A stretch of 64,000 nt of DNA from Batkoa obscura (lineage: Eukaryota), in assembly GCA_030770535.1 (NCBI GenBank), contig JASVEC010000019.1:620001-684000 (forward strand), in the 5' to 3' direction. Under the pieces are notes generated by a model that was given only the letters and a program-made list of their open reading frames with translations, was not told the DNA's origin and did not search any database. This document shows, in pieces, positions 12,634-25,750 of this stretch (within the stretch, counting starts at the first letter, position 1; every line of letters begins with the position of its first letter). The translations under genes were made by a program, and so were the position numbers.

Positions 12634-14939
12634 TTATTCATTGTTAATCTTTTGATAAAGTTCATCAATGTGTTTTTGATACTTCGATTTAAGATCATGA
12701 CGTTTAAGCTTAAAACTAAAAGAACAAATTAATAAATTAATAAATTAGTAAAAACGAACTTACGTTGGTGTGATAAGATTATTTTCAATACTAAACGGCT
12801 CATGTTCAACAAAGATACCAAATACTTTTTCGAATCTAAAATGAAGTTAGACCATTATCTTTAGCATTTAAATAAATTACTTACCCAGCTAATTTAGTAC
12901 GGGTTTCAATATTTTTGATCTCTTTCAACAAAGCTTCATTTACCTTTGGATGTTGACAGAGTTGTTCAATGCTTAATTGTTCACTGCCTCCAACAATGGA
13001 TTTTGCCCATTCTGGGAAGTTTTCTGCATCCGGCACAATAACAGCGACTAGCTTGCTTTGGAATGAATCACCATAGACAAATGCTTGAGCTATGTATTTT
13101 GTAGTTGCATAAATATTTTCAATCTTTTCGGGTGAAATATATTCTCCTATTAGATTAAATTAAATTAATATATACTCAATCCATATCTTGTTCATTAAAT
13201 TACCTTGAGATAATTTGAAGATATTCTTTATACGATCAATAATAACCGGAAACCTATGACGATTAAGAGTAGCAATATCCCCAGTATGGAACCAACCCTC
13301 TTCATCAATTGCTTCTTTTGTTTTTTCAGGTTCATTAAGGTATCCTTTAAATATATTATATCCTCTTATACATAACTCCCCTCTAGCAAAAGGTTTATCT
13401 GTTGATAAGTAGTTCATTGAAGGAACATCAACTAACTTGAATTCATTACTAAAAAATCGTAAATGAAGATAAAAATTGAGTTTAAAGTTGAATTACCAGA
13501 ATAGTGGTGGCCCAACGGCCCCTGCTTCATTATCGCCTCTTACTGTAAGTAAAGAAGCTGCACAAGTTTCAGTAGTACCGAAACCTATTTTTACCAATTA
13601 AGTACATTTCATTACAAAAAAAAGTCGATTTACCTTCACAAATATCAAGACTTAAACAAACTCTTAAAAATTCCATAACTTTTGGTGATAAAGGTGCTGA
13701 ACCTGTAAGCATAAACTTAAGCCTGCCACCTAAAACTTGACGAACTTTATTGAAGACTAAAGGATCCCAAATAGGGTGTTCAACTCCGTTACCCTCTTTA
13801 TAATATTGTAACTTCTTCTGATAAGCGATTCTGAATAACGCAGGTCCCAATCCTTGTCCATGTAAGCCTTTAGCGGCAATTGCATCATAAATACGATTCA
13901 ATAATCTAGGTACTGAGTTCATAGCAGTGGGCTTAAGTACAGCACAATCATCCATTAACTTGGTAATATCACCACAATAAAACCCTATGGATGCACCAGT
14001 ATATAAAAATGCATATAAAGAACAACGTTCAAAACAGTGAGGTAGCGGAAGGAAACTCATATATACAACATCTTCCTCACCTCTAGGAATACCTGCTCTT
14101 TGATAGGCCCCAAGAGCAGCACTTGAATTGTTGGCATGAGTTATAATCGCTCCCTTTGGTTGACCTGTGGTTCCTGAAGTATAGCAATAAGTGTAAATAT
14201 CCTCTGGTAACGGTGGATTGGCTACGACAGGGTTTTGCTTCCCGATAGCTAACACTTCATTAAAATCGAGTAACTTAATATTGCAAGAAGCTGCCCAGGA
14301 CTTTAAAATATTAGAAGAAGAAGCTTCATCTTTGTTATTGCTAAATGGATCCATGCTGATTATAACTTTCAATCCTGGAAGGTTAGGAGCACTCTTTAAT
14401 AGCTTTGGAATACGTTCTTGACTACATACAATCAAAGGTACTTGAGAATGATTGATTACGTATTCCAAAGTTTCTTGACCATAAGTATCAAATAAAGCTA
14501 CATTGATAAGGCTTTGTGAAATTAAAGCAAAGTCGGTAATGACCCATTCAGTACGATTGGCAGAGAATAAACCTACAGTTTTACCTTTTAAATCGTCGAG
14601 CTTGCACTCATTTTTATACAAATAGACTAATCCAGAACTGAGGTCTGAAGTTAATTTTTCGACTTCAGAGTAAGTGATCCATTCATAAGGTCCAAATACA
14701 CCGGTTTGTGGGTCCTTATTTCTGGTCCCAAAGCAATTTTGTTTTCCATACGCTTTAAAAGCATATTGTGTAAACTCATAAAATGTTCTTGGTTCACCTT
14801 CTCTGTAAGCAACGAGCTCTTCTTTATAATCTCCAGTACGGAATACACCAGTTTGTCCAGACTTACGGCTGTTTGGTACCTCAACACAGAGCTGGTCCAA
14901 TTTCAAGCCTTCTTTTACTGTTAATGTTTTTACTACCAT
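12634..14939 (-). CDS. Long-chain fatty acyl-CoA synthetase (AMP-binding; ACSL/FAA2-like), multi-exon
   Basis: [12 protein letters not shown]-loop, [45 protein letters not shown]; short introns in the 3' part. Confidence 0.95.
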
Positions 14940-15504
14940 GCTATTTTACAAATAAATTGAAATTGAAATTTGATGTATTTGTAGTTTAATACTTGTTTTT
15001 TTATTCTTAGACCAATCATTGGATGCTTGGAATTTGATTATTGTGTTTTATAGCATTTTCTTTCCATTTGATTGTTGAACATAACTGTAGAGTTTGCTTG
15101 ATTAAGTAGAAATGCTCATCATTCTTTTTTGTGAATTGGCCAATTAATTTTGTAAAAATTGAACTTTTGACGTCTAATTTTTCCGAAACAAAAAGCCAAT
15201 TTAAATTTTTAAAGCAACTGTCTATATAAATAATAGAGCATTAACCTTATATAATAATGTTTTAATTATATTATTTATAGATACTATTTTATAGACACAA
15301 ATAACACCATGATATATAATATATTAAATAAAATACTTCAGCTATATTTCGAATTAGTTCAATGGAAATAAACTCCACACCTATGTTCTTTTTTTTGCAC
15401 TAATGATTTAATAATCTATTTTCCACTCAAAAATTGTGGATAATAAAAGTTGGCTATGTTATTATATTAATAATACTATACTGTTACTATCATTAATTTA
15501 TTGT

Positions 15505-17066
15505 TTATTTACTAAATAAAATTTTTTCAAGATTAGTGCGATTTAAATCTAAAGAGGAGATTGAAGATAAATTTGAGATGGAAGTAGCAGAAAGTTCAGA
15601 TAATCCGAATGAATGAGCTTTTGGAGGTGCATTTAACAATTCTTTTTGTTTTTGTTTTTCGAAATCCTGGTTCATATTTTTAATTGACATTTTGCGCAAT
15701 GTTTTTAAGCTAGGTACCTTATCCTCTTCATAATGTTTTAATATTGATGGTTGCGTCAAGTTTGTATGTGAGATTAAGTCTTGGTTTAATTGGTTGGCCG
15801 ATTTAGATAAATAGTATTCAGAAATGGTCTTAAGGATCGTTGTACCTTGACTTTTTAGGCCTATAATTTCTTTTAAGTTCTGGGTAAAGTTTGCATTTTG
15901 ATGAAAGTTATTATAATATTTGGGATTCAGTTTCATACATATATAAATTACTAAGATCATATAAATTAAACTTATTGTTCCATTATCTGCCATGACTCCA
16001 ATTGCCCCTTTTTTGCTATTAAAGTTTATTAACTAAAGTCAATATATAATTAAGTTAATTACTTACTAATAAGTTAAATCATGGATTATATCTATGCAAT
16101 TTATATCAGTATCAATGAATTACCAAATTATAATATTATTCCAACTTACCACTACTAACTAATATATTAACAAAGATAGTAACGTAGTTTGGTAGCTCTA
16201 GTAGCTAATATATAATGTTATTCTAATTCGATTTAATTAATATTAAGATCCTTACTAATACTAAGGCACATAGTGTTGACTTTGAGAGCACTAGCGTAAG
16301 ATCGGTTTCAAAGGTGGAATGAAATAAGAAAATAATATAAATAACAAAGATCGAGCTTAGTATAGTACTAAGATCCAAATAAAATAATGGAGAAGTAAAA
16401 TGCAAGTCGTGGGGACAATGATCTATTTTGGGCACCAAAATGAATTTAAGTAAAGTAGTAATAATCGAGATAATAGGAAGCTGACTGATAGCCAGAAAAA
16501 CTTTCGGTAAAAATGAAGGTTTTGCTGGTTGATATTTGATTTTACAAAAGGGAAAAATTAATCTTCTTTGTTTTCGATTCGCTACTATCTCTTTCACCTT
16601 CATATCATCCTTTTCTAATATATGTACCATCATCTTTAGTACTTGTAGCATCAATACTCCATTATACGTTTTATTTAAATTTTTTAAATAAATGTCTAAG
16701 AAAGGAAAGCGGTAACTCACGATTGAGAATATAATCATTACCGGTACACTAGTTAATATTTGCAAAATCGGTACTTGCAATTCCTAATAAAACATAAAAC
16801 ATAAAATATTGATTGTAATAAAAAAGATGAAGCCAACCTTAGTATAATATTTTATGTGTATATAAATGTGATAGATCGCAAAACCTGCAGTAACAATTCC
16901 AATACCTCCGATTAAACATAGTATACTATAACTTGCTAAAACAGGATAAAAAATTAGCTGCCTTGATAAGCTTTAGCTTTTAATATTTACTTATTATCTC
17001 TGCCAAATGCTCTTCGCTACCAAACGTGCCTTCTTTTAAATGATTATAATAACAGCTTTCTGACAT
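15505..17066 (-). CDS. Organic solute transporter Ost-alpha / TMEM184-like membrane protein, multi-exon (5' end approximate)
   Basis: Exon peptides HIYIHIKYYTK|ELQVPILQILTSVPV...RFP..DIYL..FPFC..QLPII match the OSTalpha pattern; several TM helices and a hydrophilic C-terminal tail. Confidence 0.6.
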
Positions 17067-17436
17067 TAAATGAGTATAAAATATAATAATAGTAAATTAT
17101 AAATTTTTTCTTCATTCATTTTTATTTTTCATTATATTTGAAACTTGTCTTTTGTTTTAAATTTAAATTTTGACTTCGGTAACTTTATGCTTCTTAATTT
17201 TAATCACTTTGAAAGTAATTTTAAGTCTTGGAGTTTCATCTTTAGATTGGGTTTTAACAATTTTTATTCCGCTTTGAGAAAATAAAACACTTAATTTTTT
17301 GAGTTATTTATTTTTAAAAATAGATATAAAGTATTTTATGCATTGCCTTTTAAAAACGTTTTTTTTTATAAATCGATATTTATTTCACAAGATATTATCT
17401 AACCGCTAGAAAAGTAGGTTTATTCTGTTAACATAG

Positions 17437-17529
17437 TGATAATCTTCTTGTTTAAGAAATTTGCCACAATCTTTTCCACTTATTAGCGCTTAGAACTGGA
17501 AAAGCAATGAAACTAAAAAGGATATTTCC
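17437..17529 (-). mobile_element. ~98-bp MITE, degenerate
   Basis: Core ttccact..tagcgctta..ggaaaa..atgaaac; left end approximate. Confidence 0.65.
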
Positions 17530-18053
17530 ATATTCTGTTTTATAATTCTGAGTTTCGAAAAAATTGCAAAAATTTATACTATTATAGTAGTGATATTGTT
17601 TTTGAATACAGTGTTATAATTAAGGTCGCTTTTGAAAGCATTAATACATTGTTTATTACAATTAACATTAAGATAAATCATAATAAGTCCTTATTATTAT
17701 GAGCATACTTTTTATTTGATTTGAAATGGGTTTTGTACATTAGTACTAATATAGAGTGGATAAAATCTAATGAAAGAGGGATCTTGTACTATTAATAATA
17801 AAACTGCAACTTTAATATTTAATCGATAAAATATTGACAATAAAACAAATATTGAATTGTATTAAACTTTTGTAAACTCCAAATATTTGCTAGCTATTAG
17901 AATCATCTAAAATTGACCAATATTCCAAACAAAGTTGCCCAAAAGGCGCAAGATTTCACACACAACTGAGAAATTCGTAGTTTTGAGCAAAAAAAATTTA
18001 AATGGCAAATTTTAAATAAGTTGGTTATCTCACCTTTACTTAATTTGCGACAT

Positions 18054-21000
18054 ATGGATATCAACCAAGATACACTCAATTATTTAGCCAATGTATTAGA
18101 GCAAACCTTTAGTCAATTGACAAGAAAGCAAGGTTAGAGCTAATTATATTCATAATATAAATTATTAATCATGTTCTTTTAGCTGAGAATGAACTCAAAC
18201 AAAGGGAGTCACAACCAAGATTTTTGATGTGTTTGTTTAAAATAATCGAAATTGATGGGTTTTCTCCTCAAGTTAAGTTTGCTGCAGCAATTTATATAAA
18301 GAACTTGACCCGTAGAGAGTGGCATATTGTAACTTATTAATTGTCATTATTTATTTTTACTAATAGCCTAATAGTCTGGCGAAGAAGATAATATTATTAG
18401 CCAACAGGATCGAGAGTATGCTAAAAGCAGGATTGTTGATCTTATTATGAGTTCGCCCCCAAACTTTCAAATTCAACTTTCTGAAACACTAAATTCCATT
18501 TTAAGTTCAGAAAACATAGATTATTGGAAATTGGTTATAGATGTAATTTGTTTATTATACTATCAAAGTAAAACATAACCAAGTTTTAGGCATTATCTAA
18601 AAAATTCGATAGTGAGAACTACTCCCCTAATGTTACTGTTTTAAGAGTTATAGATCTTTTTATGCAACGGTAATTTATTGTTTGCAAATAATTGCATTCT
18701 CTAAATTTTTTTAAAGGTTTAGGAACGAAAGAGAATGTCTAGAATTCGGGGAACATCTTCAAATCATTTTTGATATGATAACTCAACCTCTTTATGTTTT
18801 GTTTGTTGTAAGTTATTTCAATATTTTAATTTTATTTAAATTTATTTTTAGACTTCGTTGAGTAACATTGAGAAGCTACCATCCAATTCAACAATTTTAA
18901 AGTCTATCTTTGATTCAATTTTATTGATGATTAAGATCTACATATCTGCTTGTACTCATGATATTCCTCAAAGCTTTGATGATCATAAAGAGGAGTTTTT
19001 CAAAGGATTTCATAATCTTTTAAACTATAACAATCCTTGCCTTGAATCTGATGTAATATTTCTATGATTTTTTAATTCAAAATTAATATTCTATAGGATC
19101 CAGATGAGTCGGGAGTTTTAGAAGAAATCAAAACATGTATTTGCGAAATTTGTAGAATATATTATTACAAATATACTGCTGATTTTGTGCATTCTGAAGA
19201 CTTTTTAAAAAGTATATGGACTACTTTGGTAAATATAGGCCCCGAACAAAAATACGATATGGTAACTTAAATTTCTTTATTCAACTTTACAAATTTAATG
19301 TAAGATATAGTTGGTTTCTGAAGCTATGAATTTTATTACTACTGTAGTTAAACGTACCGGAGGTGATGTAATATTTCAAAATGATGAAGTTCTTCAAACT
19401 GTGTGTGAAAAGATTATTGTCCCAAATTGTCGTTTAAGAGGTGATATAATCATTTAATTTTAATTATTTTTATTGATCTTTTACAGATTCTGATATCGAA
19501 GCACTTGAGGATGAACCTATTGGTTATGTTAGACGTGAAATAGATGGTTCCAGTATAGATTCTCGTAGACATGCTTCTATGGAAATGATTCGGGCGTTTG
19601 TATATCAATATGAAGAAAGAATGGCAAGAGTTTTTATGGACTATAGTAACAAATTTATTGAAGTGAGATTCTTAATATTTTATTTTATAATAAACTAAAT
19701 TATGCTTTAGAAATATAATTTGGATCCCCCAAATAACTGGAGAGATAAAGATACTGCCAACTTTTTATTTAATGCGATCGCTATAAAAACATTCACAACT
19801 CAGGTACCTTTTAATTATGGAATATTTTAATTCTAATTTTTTTAGTTAGGCGCTACTAAAGTAGTTCCCACTATTGACTTTGTTAAACATTACCAATCAA
19901 GTGTTTTGCCCGACTTGGATCCAGGATCCCCTTCACATAAGGTTTTAAAAGTAGGAGCTATTAAGTTTATATGTAACTTCAGATATCACTTAGGCGCCCA
20001 GGATTTGTTAAATATCCTTCCTATTTTAATTACTCATCTTGCTTCACCACATTATATAGTATACACCTTTGCAGCTATCTGTATTGAGCGTATTTTGTTT
20101 TTAAAACTTGATGGGAAACTAGTTTTCACTGAACAAGTGCTTAAGTCCCACCTTGAGACATTATTAGGAAATTTGTTTGATATTGCTGAAAGGCCATCAA
20201 CTCCTGAGAAGGTTGCAGAAAATGAGTTTATAATGCGCGCTGTAATGCGTATTATTTTTATTGGGAAGGAAACTATCACACACCACAAAGCACTCATTTC
20301 AAAGAAATTGGGCAATATCTTAGCTGTTATTTCCAAAAATCCATCAAATCCAAAATTCAATCATTATCTATTTGAATGCATAGGCGGCGTTGTTAAGTAA
20401 AAAATCTTCTTTGTTTTTTATTTTTTTACTAAAAATCATTAGAACTACCCACCCTACAGTAGAAGAGTTTGAAGCAAGCTTCTGGCCATCATTTCAATAT
20501 ATTCTTGCAGAAAATATCGCAGGTACTTTATTATATTGCCTTTATTTAGCATTTACTTATTTATCTATTTAGAATTTTTCCCATATACGATTCAAATCAT
20601 GTCACAAATCTTGTCCTTCCATGATAAAAATATGCCTCTTCCCAAATTTTTCCAGGACTTTTGGCCCCCGGTCGTTCAACCACCTTACTGGGAAAGCAAA
20701 GGTAATTGAACAAATGTAATATAAGTTATAAACTAATTTTTTAGGTAATGTGCCAGCCCTTGTTAAACTTTTGAAGGAGTATCTTAGATGTGCCCCCTCC
20801 TTTGTTTCTGATATGAATAACATTCGTTCCATCCTTGGTGTCTTCAATAGGCTTTTGAATTCCAAGCCTTATGAAGAACACTCTTTTGATATTCTTGAAG
20901 CCGTATTTTTAAATGTTGACTTGTAATGTTTTGTTTAGTTTTGTTTGGTATGTATCTTATAATTATTTAGGTCAATTTTGGATCAATTTTTGCAAACAGT

Positions 21001-21750
21001 TTTCCTCAAGATTTTACAAAGAATCAAAACGAATCCCTCTACTTCCCTTATACTTTCAGTTACTAAATTCGTCTGCTTCTTATTAACTATCAAAAAACCT
21101 GATATGAACCCAGATATTGTTTTATCTTTCTTTGCCAGGGTTGATCCAGGGTACTTAATACCACAACTTAAACTACTTAATACTAATTTTCTTAGAGCCT
21201 TTGCTAAATTGCTTAGAGAATATGTTATTCCAAAATTGAGTCAAGTAAGGTATACTGATCGTGTCCTTGTTGTAAATGGATTTACTATTTTATTAACCGA
21301 ATGTCCAACATTTTTGAGTATTGATCAAACTTATGGCCTTTGGTATGTATTATAATTTAGATCACTCTTTTTGCTAATAATTACTTAGGATTAATCTGCT
21401 TGAAAATATTATCTTACTTGTTTCAAAGCCCATCAATGAAATTGATACCACCCAAGATATTGAAGCATATGATATTAACGAAACTGAATTCCAAAATGCC
21501 TTTGTTAGACTTGCGTCTTCTTCCACTAAAAAAGCAAACCCAGCAATTGCATATGGACCACCAGAAATTTTCCTTGTCAACTCATTGAAAGAAGCAAATA
21601 GCAGAAGTGGGGGAGTGGTAAGTTATCAGTTTATTAAAAAAAGTAACTTACTAAAATTATTAGATATCTCAGTTATTGAATAGATTATCACCTCAGGCCA
21701 GCGTTAGTTTGGAAAAACTTTATACAGCCTCTGCAAATGGAGGAAATTAA
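18054..21750 (+). CDS. CSE1: Exportin-2 / importin-alpha re-exporter, about 17 introns of ~41-51 nt
   Basis: IBN_N start (RKQAENELKQ..AAAIYIKN), FAAICIERIL, AENEFIMRAVMR, ISKNPSNPKFNHYLFE, EFFPY; intron count by eye. Confidence 0.93.
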
Positions 21751-21964
21751 ACTAAAAAGTTAAGCTGTGAAGAATAGTTTAATAAATTTTTTCGATATAG
21801 ATAGTATCTTAATTCACTTTATCATTTTAGTTTACTAATTCAGCTACTAAAACGGATTTATGATAAACTTAAGCTAGTATTTACCATTTTAAATGTTTTA
21901 GTATATGAAGTTTACTTTTGTCACCTTAAATTACTTTTTTTTGAAAACTCAATGTCAATGATAT

Positions 21965-22060
21965 GGGGCTGTTTTTTTGGTTTCATTATTTTTCCGTTTC
22001 TTAAGCGCTATTTGAGTGGAAAATTTGTTAGTAAAATCCTTAAACACAAAATACATCCTC
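21965..22060 (+). mobile_element. ~98-bp MITE
   Basis: Family consensus. Confidence 0.88.
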
Positions 22061-22348
22061 GTATTGTAGAAGAATTATAGTTGTTATTTTAATAAAGTTG
22101 GTACTTACAAAATTTGAGGCTTTTCATAAAAAGTTGTAGTCGATTACAATAAATAATGATTATTATGCTACAGTATTATGATAAAATAAAGTACTACAAA
22201 CAAACCTCACAAGACTCGTTTATTGAATATAAAAAATAAACTATCAAATATAATGAAAATTTTAGCTTGTTTTGTAAACAATGTTTTAGTAATTAGTCGT
22301 GAATAATAAAAATTAAAAATATATATAATATTTGTAGGCAAAATCTAA

Positions 22349-22420
22349 AGCATCTTGGCGCAGAGGAAGCGCGCGGGGCTCATAACCCCGAGGTCGAAGG
22401 ATCGAAACCTTCAGATGCTA
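22349..22420 (+). tRNA. Initiator tRNA-Met (CAT), identical to the 9903-9974 copy
   Basis: Same 72-nt sequence, followed by TTTT. Confidence 0.96.
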
Positions 22421-22639
22421 TTTTCTTTTACTCATCAAACAAAACTTCTTTTAGATAAATTTCAATATTTTAATGACTATTAGACAGACCATACTTATCC
22501 TTTTTAAAAGAGGTATTTATTTATTAGTTATTATAATTTACAAACCATTGAGTGTTTAATATAAAGTTCTTAAAACTATTTTGATTATTTTTTAAATAAA
22601 TATAAGCTTTGTTTATAATATAATTGGATTATTAAATAT

Positions 22640-22834
22640 AAAAATGTATTTCTTTGTTTAAGAATTTTGCTGATAGCCTTTTCATTGAAATAATGCTTAA
22701 AAACGGAAAAAGTGATGAAATCAAAACACCTTCATACGTGGGTTATTTTTATATTTGAGAATTTCACTAATAATTTTTCCACTCAAATAGTGCTTAAAAG
22801 ATGGAAAAAATGATGAAGCCAAAAAAATATCCCC
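22640..22834 (-). mobile_element. Two tandem MITE copies (~22640-22733 and ~22738-22834)
   Basis: Two consecutive reverse-orientation matches to the consensus. Confidence 0.8.
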
Positions 22835-23066
22835 ATATCTTATTCATCAAAGATCAATTGGGGTTGTCCGAATTGATGGTTTCAGGATTTACTTAGTCAA
22901 TCCAAATTTTAAATTTTTAAATTTGTGTCTAATGTGACGGTTAAATTTAAAAAGCCTAAATCAAATCTCTCTATTTAAAACTTATTTTAATTGTTTCCTT
23001 TTCTTAAATAGCTAATTTTCCTAACTACATGTTTTATATTATTTCTGTTAGGTATTTAGTATATAT

Positions 23067-23165
23067 GGGTATGTGTTTTTGTATTTAAGAATTTTACTAG
23101 CAATTTTTCCACTCAAATAGCTCTTAAAAGGTGGAAAAAGTAATGAAGCCAAAAAAAACATCCCC
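23067..23165 (-). mobile_element. MITE inserted in the outer Sola2 copy
   Basis: ATAT TSD; absent from the homologous position of the inner copy (~27380-27420). Confidence 0.9.
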
Positions 23166-23453
23166 ATATGTTATATATAATTATATAAATACAGTTATTT
23201 GACTTTGTTCTTTGTTGAAATAAAAATAGAATGCAAATTTTCATAACTAAACTGAAATGGAATTTTTGAAAATTTCAATACGATAGGGAGGAGTACACAA
23301 TATAAATCTTGTAATTCATTTACATTAATTTTAAGAGCTACTTGTAACAACCTAGAGTTTATGGAATTCTATAATAAAACAAAACAAAGAAAAGATATAC
23401 CATTAAAGTTTACTATCAATAGTAATAAATTTAATCAAGCAATGTATAAAATC

Positions 23454-23868
23454 TGTGAAATATCGCTTTGTCAGTCACATGGTTAATTATAACATAATGA
23501 TCGCCTAAACTGTTGTGTTCTCGAGTTCAGAGAAAACCAATCCCACGTTCTTATTTTGATTTGATATTTATACTTTCCAGAGTATAAAAGAGTTTACAGA
23601 GTATAGTAGTTCGAGGCTTTTTAACTGAATTATTCCCTGATATCTCGAACATTTAATAAAGCCACTAAGTTTACTTAATAGTATTTTACGTAGATTTTAC
23701 ATTATTATTGCCTATTCTATTTGTCTTATATAGCTTGTAACCTATTACGTGCTATTCCTCATAATCCAAGTCTATCTTAGTCACATAAACTAAGACCTTT
23801 CGGCTTATAGTGTAGTCAACCCAGCAATAGCTGCTCTTGACTCCAAGTCCTGAGTACCAGGTTTCACG
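23454..23868 (+). mobile_element. 415-bp TG..CA element (probable solo LTR), copy A
   Basis: Starts TGTGAAAT, ends GTTTCACG (degenerate ATTTCACA); internal AATAAA; family member at 26671-27070 has a 4-bp TSD. Confidence 0.75.
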
Positions 23869-23979
23869 TCTTTAATTTTTTTATATTTTTAATAATAGGT
23901 TGTAATGTTGATATTTTATTACTATTATTACTTATTTTTGAATAATCATATTGATTTCTATCTCTGTTAAACCCAATAC

Positions 23980-24394
23980 TGTGAAATCTGGTACTCAGGG
24001 CTTGGAGTCAAGAGCAGCTATTGCTGGGTTGACTACACTATAAGCCGAAAGGTCTTAGTTTATGTGACTAAGATAGACTTGGATTATGAGGAATAGCACG
24101 TAATAGGTTACAAGCTATATAAGACAAATAGAATAGGCAATAATAATGTAAAATCTACGTAAAATACTATTAAGTAAACTTAGTGGCTTTATTAAATGTT
24201 CGAGATATCAGGGAATAATTCAGTTAAAAAGCCTCGAACTACTATACTCTGTAAACTCTTTTATACTCTGGAAAGTATAAATATCAAATCAAAATAAGAA
24301 CGTGGGATTGGTTTTCTCTGAACTCGAGAACACAACAGTTTAGGCGATCATTATGTTATAATTAACCATGTGACTGACAAAGCGATATTTCACA
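23980..24394 (-). mobile_element. 415-bp TG..CA element (probable solo LTR), copy B, inverted relative to copy A
   Basis: TGTGAAAT...ATTTCACA ends; reverse complement of copy A except 3 positions near the inner end. Confidence 0.78.
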
Positions 24395-25652
24395 ATAGCT
24401 AAGTTAATAAATAGTCAAAGAACAAGTAACTGTAATAATATGTAAAAACTATTATTACTTGTACTATATAGGGATGGTTAATTATAGTTTTGGGGCTAAC
24501 CACTCCCTCCCATGCAGCTATCTATCAACTTAGTAATATATCAATAATATAATTATAACATCAAAATAGTTTATTTATTTGATAGCAAGTCTACAGTGTT
24601 GGTTATAAAGCAGTCAATAATAAACATTTGTTAATAAAGTTTTATAAGAATATGGGGTTGTCTGAATTAGTCTCATTATTTTATCCAATTTTTGAAAAAT
24701 TTTGTATTTTAAAAACTTCGCTTAAAATTCTATAAAATCACATCTTTTATTAAAACAAAAGTACCCAAACACAGTTCTAAATCATTCTATTATAGCTCAT
24801 ACTGTAAGTTAGTTGAATTTCTACTAGATCTTAAATACATGTTCTTATAAAGCTTAATTGAGAAATATTTACTATCAACTGCTTTATAACCAACATTGTA
24901 GATTTATTATCAGATAAATAAACTATTTTAATGTTATAATTACATTATTAATATATTGCCAAGTTAATAAATAGCTGCATGGGAGGGAGTGGTTAGCCCC
25001 AAAACTATAATTAACCATCCCTATATAGTACAAGTAATAATAGTTTTTACATATTATTACAGTTACTTGTTCTTTGACTATTTATTAACTTAGCTATTAA
25101 TAACTTAAGTAATCTTAACATTTAACAATCTATTTCTATCATTCAACAAACTACTTACTTGCTTAGTAAATATCGAAATTTTTAAATTCTCTGTTATCTT
25201 CGTAAGGTAAGCTGGGATTGATCTTTTAATTTTTCTGTTTTCTATAGACTCTATAACTTTAATTGGGACTATATCGCTTTTTTTTGATGTATCAGATACT
25301 GGATAACAATGTAGTTTATTGTTATGTTTAATAAAGTGTAAATACTTCTTAATGCCCTGCATCTCTATTATTCTTTTTGTATTTTTGTTTCTTTTATACT
25401 TTTTAAAAATTATATCTGTTTTCCCATTATTAACAGTCGAGTTATTAATTTTATTATGCTCGCAAATAAAAGCCTCAAATCTTGAAATTAATTGATCGAT
25501 ATCTTCTATTTTACCTAACGCTTCAAAATTACTTTTCCATTTTGAAAGGTTTCCAAAATGTCCATCAACTATACTTTTTCCATGATGCTCAGCAAAAAAA
25601 TTAAGATTAACATTCAAACTACTATTTATTTTATGAATTTGTTTAAACATAT

Positions 25653-25750
25653 GGGGATGTTTTTTTGGCTTCATTACTTTTTCTATTTTTTAAACACTAT
25701 TTGAGCGGAAAATTTGTTGGTAAAATTCATAAACACAAAAATACAACCTC
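25653..25750 (+). mobile_element. 98-bp MITE inserted in the Sola2 transposase
   Basis: GGGGATGT...ACAACCTC ends, ATAT TSD both sides; excision gives ...EFLHYM-FKQIHK... Confidence 0.92.

Noticed and set aside
23454..24394. DIRS-like element with inverted LTRs
   Set aside because: The spacer is Sola transposase sequence; no RT or tyrosine recombinase
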